Source of the DNA: Pseudomonadota bacterium | GTDB lineage: Bacteria; Myxococcota; JACRCW01; JAFGSX01 | Reading direction: 5' to 3' | Length of the DNA: 28,943 nucleotides | Assembly (NCBI GenBank): GCA_043821645.1 | Contig: JBDRCO010000038.1 | Coordinates: 1-28,943, forward strand | Shown here: piece by piece, positions 1-7,713 of the stretch | Numbering within the stretch: position 1 is the first letter of the stretch | Layout of the letters: every line of letters begins with the position of its first letter | Position numbers and translations under genes: made by a program | The notes under the pieces: generated by a model | What the model was told of the DNA's origin: nothing | Databases searched by the model: none | Seen by the model: the letters and a program-made list of their open reading frames with translations, nothing else

Positions 1-933
1 CATGTTCTGGCGGCGCCCCACAAAGGCGGCATCGAAGTGCACGTTGGCCGGGCTCTGCTGCAGCTCGACGTAGGTGTTCAGGTCGCCGTCGACGTCGATG
101 AAGATCTCCACCGCCTCCTCGTTGTAGATGGGATCGTCGCGGGTGCGGAAGCTGGTCCAGATGTCGCGGTCCTGGCAGTCGAAGCCCAGGTACAGGTTCT
201 TGTCGTCGTACAGCACGCGCGCAGTGGTGCCGTTCGAGGGCGTGCCGCGACCGTGGTAGTTGACGAAGGGTCCCAGGCGCTGGGCGCTGGCCCAGCCAGG
301 CTCGTTCAGAGCGCCGTCGATGGTGATGGAGCCACCGGTGGGCAGGGCCACGGCCTCGGGCAGATCGCGTCCGCCGCGCAGCGACACCTGGGTTGCTGGT
401 ACGCGGTTCTGACCGTCGTGACGATCCTTCTCGTCGACGCGCAGGCGCTGCTCGCCCTGGTACAGCCCCACATACAGTTGCAGGGTGCGTCCGGGGAGGC
501 CCGGCGGCAGGCGAAGGCGACGCTGCTCCTCGACCAGGTCACCGCGCTGCCACTGGCTGGTCGGATATTTCCCGTCGAGAGGATCGTGATCATCCTGCAG
601 CTGGGTCAGCTCGGCCCCGGGGAGCTGGCCGTGGACGAACACCCGCCAGTCGTCGAACAGGTTGTCGAGGGCCTCGAAGCGCAGGGTCAGGGTCACCGTG
701 TCACCCGGCGCGGCCTCGGCGGGCAGCACGCTGGCCGATAGCAGTCGGATCTTGCCCTCGAAGCTGGCCAGGGGTGCTCCCTGTGGCGCGGGTGCCGGGG
801 TGCGCTTGACGGCGCCGTCCTCGAGGGTCACAGAATGGTGGGCAGGCGCCGGGCGTGGGCAGCCGGTCACACACGGGAGCAGGACGACAACACCGGTGGC
901 GAGCAGGAGCCTGACGGAGCGGGCATGTGACAC
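1..933 (-). CDS. Lipoprotein with Ig-like domain and CBM9-like (DOMON-like) sugar-binding domain; 3' end runs off the window
   Basis: Not in the ORF track because no stop lies inside the window. Manual translation: GTG at 933 with AGAGGAG RBS 7 nt upstream; MSHARSVRLLLATGVVVLLPCVTGC (lipobox); WRVFVH..DHDPLDGKYPTSQWQRGD; then ITIDGALNEPGW..TTARVLYDDKNLYLGFDCQDRDIW..DDPIYNEEAVEIFID, typical of CBM9-like proteins. Confidence 0.85.
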   Translation of the reverse strand, partial: MSHARSVRLLLATGVVVLLPCVTGCPRPAPAHHSVTLEDGAVKRTPAPAPQGAPLASFEGKIRLLSASVLPAEAAPGDTVTLTLRFEALDNLFDDWRVFVHGQLPGAELTQLQDDHDPLDGKYPTSQWQRGDLVEEQRRLRLPPGLPGRTLQLYVGLYQGEQRLRVDEKDRHDGQNRVPATQVSLRGGRDLPEAVALPTGGSITIDGALNEPGWASAQRLGPFVNYHGRGTPSNGTTARVLYDDKNLYLGFDCQDRDIWTSFRTRDDPIYNEEAVEIFIDVDGDLNTYVELQQSPANVHFDAAFVGRRQNM

Positions 934-1025
934 GGCAGATCTCCTCTTTACATGGGTGCGAAGAATAATCGCCCCAGGTGGGGCGTCTGCTCAAGCGACC
1001 AGGGACTTTTTTGCAGGGTGAAACC

Positions 1026-2549
1026 ATGAAAAAGCATGTGCTGGTGGTGATGATGGGCGCGATCGTGCTGTGGCAGCTCGGTTGCGTCACGGTCGATCGC
1101 GAGGTCGTGCGTGACTCTCGCCGACCGGCGTCTGCGCCGCCGCCGGTGGCCGAGGCCCAGCCAGAGCCTCCGCCGCCGCAGGACGTGGCGCCGCCGCCGA
1201 GCGTGGGTGCGGTGGACTTCTTTTACCAGCCCCTCGAACCCTACGGTGTGTGGGTCAACAGTCCGCGCTACGGCACGGTGTGGATGCCGCATCGCCATCT
1301 CGTGGGGGCCAACTGGAGGCCCTACACCTATGGTCACTGGGAACTGACCGAGTACGGCTGGACCTGGGTGTCGGACTTCGAGTGGGGCTGGGCACCCTTT
1401 CATTATGGGCGCTGGGCCTGGGAGCCCGCCTATGGCTGGGTCTGGGCTCCGGACACCACCTGGGGTCCTGCCTGGGTGTACTGGCGCACCGGTGACGCGT
1501 ACATGGGCTGGGCACCCATGGCTCCGGGCGTCTACGTGGGGACCATGGCTGCGGTCGCCGTGGGGTCGTGGATCTTCATCGAGAGCGCCTACTTCCTGGC
1601 GCCACGGGTGCATAGCCACATCATCTATGGCTCGCGGGTGCATGACTGCATCGGTCACACCGACTACTACGGGCACTACGGCACCTACCACTCGCACAAC
1701 TACTACTACGGTCCGCCGCGGGACTACGTGCACCACCACACCCACCGCGTGGTGACCTATCGCTCGGCCAGTTCCCTCGATACACCGAGCCGACCTGTGT
1801 ACCGGCCACCCAGCCACGCCAACGCCGCTCACGGCTCGGATCGCGGTGCCAGCCCGAGCCACGGTACAAGCTCGGGCAGCAATGCGGGCCATGGCGGCTC
1901 CGGAGCTCAGCCCTACGGACAGGGTAACGACGGCAACGCCGCCCACGGTGACCAGGGCAATGGCCAGGGCCACGGCCGCGATGGCGACCAGGGGCAGGGT
2001 CGTGACCAGCCGCCCTCCGACGGCTATCCCAAGGACAGGGCAGCCGGTGAGCGCGGTGCGGCAATGGACGAGGGTCGCAAGCAGCCCGAGGCCCCCCTGC
2101 TCACGCCGCCGTCGCGCGAGTCCGCGCCGGATCGCGGAGCGCCGCCCAAGGACGAGATCTCTCCACCGTCGCGGGGCGACCGCCTGGAGCCGGGCACCGG
2201 CACCACGCCGCCTTCGCGTTACGATGCACCGCCACCTCGGGAAGAGACGCCTCCCTCGCGCTACACGCCGCCGCCGCGCAGCGAGCCGCCGTCTCGAAGC
2301 GAACCCCCGCCCCGCAGCGAGCCTCCACCGACACGCTACACCCCGCCCCCCAAGCGCGAGGAGCCTCCACCGACGCGCTACAGCCCTCCTCCGTCGCGCT
2401 CGCAGCCGCCGCCGTCGCGCACCAGTCCTCCACCGTCGCGCTCGCAGCCGCCGCCGAGCAATTCCGGCTCGTCGAACACGAGCAAGAAGAAGAAGAGTGA
2501 CGACGACGACAAGAAGGACAAGGACAAGCCCAGAAGCCGGTACCGCTAG
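1026..2549 (+). CDS. DUF6600-type lipoprotein with long Pro/Ser/Arg-rich C-terminal tail
   Basis: ATG at 1026 (MKKHVLVVMMGAIVLWQLGC, lipobox). FYQPLEPYGVWV..WRPYTYGHW..YGWTWVSDFEWGWAPFHYGRW..WGPAWVYWR..GWAPM is the Trp/Gly/Pro-rich signature of DUF6600 proteins. Low-complexity tail follows. Confidence 0.8.
   Translation: MKKHVLVVMMGAIVLWQLGCVTVDREVVRDSRRPASAPPPVAEAQPEPPPPQDVAPPPSVGAVDFFYQPLEPYGVWVNSPRYGTVWMPHRHLVGANWRPYTYGHWELTEYGWTWVSDFEWGWAPFHYGRWAWEPAYGWVWAPDTTWGPAWVYWRTGDAYMGWAPMAPGVYVGTMAAVAVGSWIFIESAYFLAPRVHSHIIYGSRVHDCIGHTDYYGHYGTYHSHNYYYGPPRDYVHHHTHRVVTYRSASSLDTPSRPVYRPPSHANAAHGSDRGASPSHGTSSGSNAGHGGSGAQPYGQGNDGNAAHGDQGNGQGHGRDGDQGQGRDQPPSDGYPKDRAAGERGAAMDEGRKQPEAPLLTPPSRESAPDRGAPPKDEISPPSRGDRLEPGTGTTPPSRYDAPPPREETPPSRYTPPPRSEPPSRSEPPPRSEPPPTRYTPPPKREEPPPTRYSPPPSRSQPPPSRTSPPPSRSQPPPSNSGSSNTSKKKKSDDDDKKDKDKPRSRYR
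2200..2460 (+). repeat. Degenerate in-frame tandem repeats encoding PP(P/S)(S/T)R(S/Y/T) hexa/heptapeptides
   Basis: Translation TPPSRY..TPPSRYTPPPRSEPPSRSEPPPRSEPPPTRYTPPP..PPPTRYSPPPSRSQPPPSRTSPPPSRSQPPPS; recurrent ccgtcgcgc and gagcctccaccgac units in the DNA. Confidence 0.8.
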
Positions 2550-2656
2550 ACCGATTTCGCCCTGAAGAGATCGGATGGTGTGGGGCGCAGGGGCAGGGAT
2601 TTTTGCGGACTCATCGCTCGAAGCACCCGCACAGGCAGGGGTGATAGAAGGCGCTG

Positions 2657-3373
2657 TCAGGGCAGCCGGCACTCGCTGTCGACGCAGCTGAAGCCGCAGG
2701 GACAGGGCGTGTGTTCCGAGCAGTAGCGGGTGCAGTAGTAGGCACCTCGCCTGTTGCTGGCGTCGAGATCGATGCAGCTGGCGCCGCCGCAGGGGTCGCT
2801 GTCGTAGAGGTCGGCGCAGCTGGTGCCCACGGGCATGGTGCAGGTCTCGCCAGCCCAGCAGTCGGCGCCGGGACAGCTCACGTCCTCGCTGCAGATGATG
2901 CGGCAGGCCCCGTGGGCGCAGCGGCGATCCGGCGGGCAATGCCAGTCCTCGCTGCACCCGGTGAGGTCGGCTGCACAGGAGCCGTTGGCGCTGCAATCGG
3001 GCAGCGGCGTGCAGCGGGTGCCCGCGTCGCTGCCGGGCAGGGGCCACAGTGAGAACTCGGGACAGCTGGCGCAGGTGCGATCGTCGCAGCCTTGCCCTGG
3101 ATCGTAGTCTGCACGGCACGTGTTGCGGGCGGGGTCGCAGCACGCGCTGGCCTCGCTGCAGTCGGCCACGCTGCCGCAGCTGCCGCTCTCGCAGGTGCCC
3201 GCGGCGAACAGGCAGGGCAGCTCGAAGTTCCGGCGCAGCCGGCACACCTGGCCCTCGCCGCAGTCGGCAGCGCTGTCACAGGGGCGGCCCGACAGAACGC
3301 AGATGTCCACGCAGCCCGTGGCGAACAGCAGGCCGAGGCCCACCAGGATCCGGCTGTCGGCGCGCAAATTCAC
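2657..3373 (-). CDS. Cys-rich lipoprotein (repeated C-x5-C modules)
   Basis: GTG at 3373 overlaps the upstream TGA (GTGA). MNLRADSRILVGLGLLFATGC lipobox. Repeats CDSAADC, CGSVADC, CSEDWHC, CSEDVSC. Confidence 0.8.
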   Translation of the reverse strand: MNLRADSRILVGLGLLFATGCVDICVLSGRPCDSAADCGEGQVCRLRRNFELPCLFAAGTCESGSCGSVADCSEASACCDPARNTCRADYDPGQGCDDRTCASCPEFSLWPLPGSDAGTRCTPLPDCSANGSCAADLTGCSEDWHCPPDRRCAHGACRIICSEDVSCPGADCWAGETCTMPVGTSCADLYDSDPCGGASCIDLDASNRRGAYYCTRYCSEHTPCPCGFSCVDSECRLP

Positions 3374-5166
3374 GGTGCACTGTCCTTGTCGGCTTGGTCG
3401 TGGTGGCCAGCGCCCCGCTCCAGCAGGGCCGGGTCGATGGCGACCCTGGCCACGCGCACCTGGTCGACACCGATGACGATGTGGTCCGCGGCGCCGAGCG
3501 CGCACAGGAGCGTGCCGAGCAGGGCCAGGTTGACCCCTCCCATGCCGAGGAGCAGGCGCTCGCGCAGCGGCACCCCGGTGGCGAAGGCGTAGATCGCTGC
3601 GCTGCCGCCCGCGAGCAGGCCCAGGCCGCCGACGCCGACCAGGGACCAGGCGCGCACGCGGTCGCCGAGGTACAGCGCGTCGGTGTCCTTTTGTACCTGC
3701 TGTCGCGTGCTGGCGTCGAGGGTGAGCATGGAGAAGCGCTCGTAGCTTGCGGGCTGTCCGTCAATGTAGGGGGTCACCAGGCGCGCCTCGCCCTCGTGCG
3801 GCTGGGCGATGAAGCGCTCGCCGCCGGCTGCCAGGGGCAGGCGATCGGACCAGCGCAGGTCGCGGCTGAGCACGGACAGGTGGGCGCGGGGCGCCTCTGG
3901 CCGGGGAGGACGCGAGCGCACCGTCGCCACCTCGGGCGGAGGGCTGCGCAACCCCGCCACCAGCTCGGCGTAGGGCCGGGCGGCGGCGCGTCCTTCGTCA
4001 CTCGCCGCGAAGCGCTGCAGGCTGTCGCGGCCGTGCGGAACACCGAACAGCTGGTCGAAGGCATCCTCGGCCGCGCCCCGGGCGCGGGTGCGCCGGGGCC
4101 GAAGGTCGCGGGCATCCACGCGCTGCACCAGGTCGAGTTCGCGCAGCCGCACCTCGCGGTCCTCCCGTGCCGCCACCAGGTAGCCCAGCCGCGTGCCCCG
4201 GGGCAGGCGCAGCGACAGGGGTGCGTCGCCCGCGGGGTGCAGGTCGGCCCAGCGCATGCCCAGGGCGTCCTCGAGGTAGAGGTGACGGCGGAGGTCCGGC
4301 GCCAGCACGATCTCGGGTCCGCTGTGGCGGCGCAGGTCGATCAGGGCGTCGTCGTCGACAGGCGGGCGGATGGTGGTGTGTGGACGGTAGGCGGGGTCGG
4401 GCAGGCTGGCGTTGGAGCGCTCGACAAAGGCGGCCAGCTCGACGTAGCGTACGCGGCCGTCACCGTCGACGTCGGCGGCACCGGACAGGGCCGAGCGCAG
4501 CTCGTGACCGAACACGCCGGAGCGCAGGGCTTCCCACTCGAAGCTCTGCTCGCCACCGGCACTGCTCAGCACCACGCCGGTGCGCCGCGCCAGCTCCTCG
4601 GGGATGGGTGCTGCGGCCAGCTCCGGGGCGGGCCGCCTGGGCACGCCGGCACCGCGATCGAACACCACGAAGTATGCGCGGCAGGCGTCGATCACCACGT
4701 GGTTGAGGTCGGCACCCGGGGTGGCGATCACCTCGCGCCACAGGCTGCTGCGTCGGAGCACGCCGTCCTCGAGGGACACCGCGCCCTCGCCGTCGATGAT
4801 GTCGCCGTGGCCGGCGTACCAGAAGGTGAACACGCTGCGCTCTCCGCGCGCTCGCGCCTGGGCCACCCCGGCTGCAATCTCCGCCAGACTCTGGCGCAGG
4901 GCGGGCCAGGTCGGCGGTCGGGGCGTTCCGGCGTAACCGCGCACCGCCGCGCGCTCGGCCGTCTCCTCGTCGAAGCGGGCGTGCCACCACACCTGCATGC
5001 CCGCGCCGGCCAGCACCTGCGCGGTCTTGTAGGCGTCATCGTCGGCGTAGCGCAGAGGCGTGGAGCGGCCCGGGAGAGGCTGGTTGCTGCCCACCACCAG
5101 CGCGAAGCTGGCCGTGGGGGGCTCCACCGCCGCACCCAAGACGAGGCCAAGCAGGGCCGCGATCAC
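3370..5166 (-). CDS. Exported caspase-family (peptidase C14, metacaspase/orthocaspase-like) protease with C-terminal membrane segments
   Basis: Signal-like N-terminus MIAALLGLVLGAA; FALVVGSN..LRYADDDA; catalytic His in FWYAGHG and Cys in VIDACRA; SSAGGEQSFE..GVFGHELRSALSGAADVDGDGRV; two hydrophobic C-terminal stretches. Confidence 0.85.
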   Translation of the reverse strand: MIAALLGLVLGAAVEPPTASFALVVGSNQPLPGRSTPLRYADDDAYKTAQVLAGAGMQVWWHARFDEETAERAAVRGYAGTPRPPTWPALRQSLAEIAAGVAQARARGERSVFTFWYAGHGDIIDGEGAVSLEDGVLRRSSLWREVIATPGADLNHVVIDACRAYFVVFDRGAGVPRRPAPELAAAPIPEELARRTGVVLSSAGGEQSFEWEALRSGVFGHELRSALSGAADVDGDGRVRYVELAAFVERSNASLPDPAYRPHTTIRPPVDDDALIDLRRHSGPEIVLAPDLRRHLYLEDALGMRWADLHPAGDAPLSLRLPRGTRLGYLVAAREDREVRLRELDLVQRVDARDLRPRRTRARGAAEDAFDQLFGVPHGRDSLQRFAASDEGRAAARPYAELVAGLRSPPPEVATVRSRPPRPEAPRAHLSVLSRDLRWSDRLPLAAGGERFIAQPHEGEARLVTPYIDGQPASYERFSMLTLDASTRQQVQKDTDALYLGDRVRAWSLVGVGGLGLLAGGSAAIYAFATGVPLRERLLLGMGGVNLALLGTLLCALGAADHIVIGVDQVRVARVAIDPALLERGAGHHDQADKDSAP

Positions 5167-5936
5167 GGCGTGCCTCCGTCGCTGGCAAGGACCTGCGTGC
5201 GCAGGATCTGAGCGCGACCAAAGCGCGCGATGGCTGCCGCGCGCTGATCCGCTGGCACCGCGGTCAGCGCTCGCTCGACGTCGAGGGCGGGGGTGGGGCG
5301 CGCGGTGAAGAGCGCGATGATGTCGACGGTTCCTGCAGGCAGGGCTGGAGAAAAAGCATCGGGCAGGGCGCCCGCCGCGGGCAATCCCTCGAGGCGCAGC
5401 GGATCTCCGTCGCTGCTGGCCGGATACAGGTTGTGCACCTGGCCGGTGCTGTCGACGAGGAACAGCAGCAGCCAGCGGTGGTGCTCGCGGTTGTCCACCC
5501 GGAAGCCCAGCTCGCTGCCCGGCGCCAGCGAGGTGCCCAGGGGTTCGAAGGTGTCGCGGCCCACCGGTCGCACCAGGCCCTCGATGCGGCTCTCCACGGC
5601 GCCTTCGTCACCTCGCGCTTGCCACTCGGTCGGGGCCGGCTTGAGGCTGATCCACAGGGTGATCAGGGCTGCGGCCGCGGCCACGCTCAACCCGCCGAAC
5701 CACAGCGGTGCGCGCGCCGACGGGGTCGCGTGCAGCACCAGCGCCTGCCGGGTCAGGCGTCGGCCCACGCGCGCGTCGGCATCGGGGAGCAGCGACTCCC
5801 ACTCGACGTGACGCTGGAAATGGGCGCGGCACTCCGAGCAGGCCTCGACATGGGCGAGCAGTCCGCGCAGCAGCAGGTCGGGGAGGCCGCCCCGGAAGTG
5901 CGAAACGATGCACCATCGCCACAGGGCGTGCATCAC
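5163..5936 (-). CDS. Zinc-finger (HxxxCxxC) anti-sigma factor with TM helix and DUF4384-like extracytoplasmic domain
   Basis: AHVEACSECRAH ZAS motif; TM LWFGGLSVAAAAALITLWISL; WQARG; LAPGSELGFRV..WLLLFLVDSTGQVHNLYP resembles DUF4384. 4-nt overlaps with both neighbours. Confidence 0.75.
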   Translation of the reverse strand: MMHALWRWCIVSHFRGGLPDLLLRGLLAHVEACSECRAHFQRHVEWESLLPDADARVGRRLTRQALVLHATPSARAPLWFGGLSVAAAAALITLWISLKPAPTEWQARGDEGAVESRIEGLVRPVGRDTFEPLGTSLAPGSELGFRVDNREHHRWLLLFLVDSTGQVHNLYPASSDGDPLRLEGLPAAGALPDAFSPALPAGTVDIIALFTARPTPALDVERALTAVPADQRAAAIARFGRAQILRTQVLASDGGTP

Positions 5937-6649
5937 GTCACCCCCTTACGAGAAGGGGCCAGGCCGTCTTCTTCGCGGTGCTGGGCCACGTAGGTGATCT
6001 CGCCCTTGAGCACGGCCCGTCGCAGGCGCTCGGTGAGCTGTTTTTCCCAGGTGGCGAGGGTGCTGCGCTTGATGCCGAGGCTCAGGGCGGCCTCTTCCTG
6101 GGTCTGCTGCTCGAGGAAGCGCGCGCTGAAGAAGGCCTTTTGCCGGGGTGGGACAGAGCGCTCGAGGAACTTGGCCAGCAGCTCGCGAGCGGCCAGCCTC
6201 TCGTCGACGGCGCTGTGCGCGTCCACCGGCTCCGGGGCGGCCTCGGCGTCGGTGTAGCGTTGTTCGCGTCGCCAGCCGTCGATGCCGCGGTAGCGTGCGA
6301 TGGTGCACAGGTAGGCGGCGAAGCTCCCGCCCTCGAAGCGGCGGCGCTGCGCCTCGCTGCCGAGCAGGGCCACGAAGGCGTCCTGCACCGCGGCGTCGGC
6401 GTCGCACAGCGGCAGACGCCGGGCCACCACGGCCCGGGCCCGCGCCGCATGCTGGGTGAACAGGCTCGCCAGCACGCCGGTGTCGCCGGCGTGAAAGGCC
6501 GCCAGCGTGGCCGGGTCCAGGTTCCCGTCGTGCACGCGGCTGCGGGCGGCGGCGAGCACGGAGAAGAGAATGAGGATCATGCCCCAGCACACGCCACGCC
6601 AGGCGCGGCAGCCCCCACTGGCCGCCGACGCTGACGCACGCCGGCTCAT
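5933..6649 (-). CDS. ECF (sigma-70 group 4) RNA polymerase sigma factor; start uncertain (6649, 6580 or 6535)
   Basis: Region 2: DADAAVQDAFVAL..SFAAYLCTIARYRGIDGWRR. Region 4 HTH: QTQEEAALSLGIKRSTLATW. Directly upstream of the ZAS anti-sigma. Confidence 0.85.
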   Translation of the reverse strand: MSRRASASAASGGCRAWRGVCWGMILILFSVLAAARSRVHDGNLDPATLAAFHAGDTGVLASLFTQHAARARAVVARRLPLCDADAAVQDAFVALLGSEAQRRRFEGGSFAAYLCTIARYRGIDGWRREQRYTDAEAAPEPVDAHSAVDERLAARELLAKFLERSVPPRQKAFFSARFLEQQTQEEAALSLGIKRSTLATWEKQLTERLRRAVLKGEITYVAQHREEDGLAPSRKGVT

Positions 6650-6932
6650 GATAGCGGTCCGCCTCGCCAGGGCAAGCCGGGGAACACGGTGCCTGCAGGC
6701 GGCAGCTCGGGGCCCCTGAAACTGTCGGACCCGTCTGCTCGAGACCTGGAAAGGATGGTCAGCTCCCGGTTTTCGGCTCCCCAGCGGCGGGGGCGGAGTC
6801 TCGTGTCCGGATGTCCGGGGCAGAGTAAAAACTCAAAACCGCTGCTTGGTATTGTCGGTGGGGTGTGCATGTTCGGAGATCGTGCGCGGCGCCTGGCTTT
6901 GCCAAAAAAACCGAAGCCAGAAAAATAACGCC

Positions 6933-6961
6933 TTGCGTCAAAATCCTGATCTCGCTATGAT
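6933..6961 (+). promoter_or_regulatory. Sigma70-type promoter for the H1-like gene
   Basis: TTGCGT (6933-6938), 17-bp spacer, TATGAT (6956-6961). A-tracts at 6904-6910 and 6921-6925 resemble an UP element in otherwise GC-rich DNA. Confidence 0.65.
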
Positions 6962-7006
6962 GCAAAGCGTCAAAAGGGCACCACCGCGTGCCGGGGAGTG
7001 TGAGAG

Positions 7007-7474
7007 ATGAGCATGTCAGAGATCGTTGGTGAGAGCGGCGGGGCGACCGTTAAGAAAGCAAAGAAACCCGCAGCCAAGCCGGCCAAGAAGGCCACCAAGA
7101 AGGCGGCCAAGGTGGCCAAGCCGGTCAAGAAGGCGGCCAAGCCCAGCAAGAAGGCGGCCCCCAAGGCCAAAAAGGCAAGTGCGAGCAAGCGCCCGGCCAA
7201 GGCGTCGCGCAAGGCCGCTGCGGGTCCGAGCACCGCACTCAAGGATATACAGCGCGAAGTGCAGCAGATGCTCAAGCAGAGCGAGAAGCGGCTCGACAAG
7301 GTGCAAAAGGATTTCGAGAAGCAGGCCCGCGCCTGGTACAAGCGCGCCCGCAAGGAGTCCGAGGACACCCTGGGCCGCATCACCGACGGCTCGCGCCGCG
7401 CCTTCGACGACCTGACCCAGCGCTTCGACAAGCTGGCCAAGGACGCCAAGGACATGCTGGGCCTGAAGAAGTAA
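7007..7474 (+). CDS. Histone H1-like (Lys/Ala/Pro-rich) protein with C-terminal amphipathic coiled coil
   Basis: GGGGAG RBS; KKAKKPAAKPAKKATKKAAKVAKPVKKAAKPSKKAAPKAKK; then helical LKDIQREVQQMLKQSEKRLDKVQKDFEK..FDDLTQRFDKLAKDAK; strong AAG/GCC codon use. Confidence 0.8.
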   Translation: MSMSEIVGESGGATVKKAKKPAAKPAKKATKKAAKVAKPVKKAAKPSKKAAPKAKKASASKRPAKASRKAAAGPSTALKDIQREVQQMLKQSEKRLDKVQKDFEKQARAWYKRARKESEDTLGRITDGSRRAFDDLTQRFDKLAKDAKDMLGLKK

Positions 7475-7713
7475 TCCCTCGAGCGCCGGTCCGCGAGCGG
7501 CGTCGCCGTGACGCTTCGTGAGCAGCTCGCCTGCTGACAGGCCGCGGCTGTGAGGGCGTGGCTGCGTCTCACGTCCACTCGAAGCCCGTACGTCGTCGAG
7601 GTCTTGATCACCCCGGGTCGCGTGCAGATCGGCCGCGAACTCCAGCATCGGCTCGACCTCAGGGTGGTCGAAATGGCACAGTCCGCCTGGATGGGAGGTG
7701 GACCCTGCCGGCG

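Noticed and set aside
37-741. 234-aa plus-strand ORF
   Set aside because: Antisense shadow of the CBM9-like gene, which has an RBS, lipobox and recognisable motifs.
2200-2460. Repeats as a possible CRISPR array or RNA polymerase II CTD-like heptads
   Set aside because: Degenerate in-frame coding repeats with no unique spacers or cas genes, and no YSPTSPS consensus.
2551-2580. Intrinsic terminator between the convergent lipoprotein genes
   Set aside because: Only an imperfect ccgat..atcgg stem with no adjacent U-tract.
948-5211. Long ORFs 948..3245 (-) and 3049..5211 (+)
   Set aside because: Arg/Gly/Ala-rich shadow frames overlapping well-supported genes; expected at this GC content.
7653-7671. 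tcgacc-N7-ggtcga palindrome resembling the TetR operator
   Set aside because: The spacer is 7 rather than 4 bp, and such GC-rich hexamers are common by chance.
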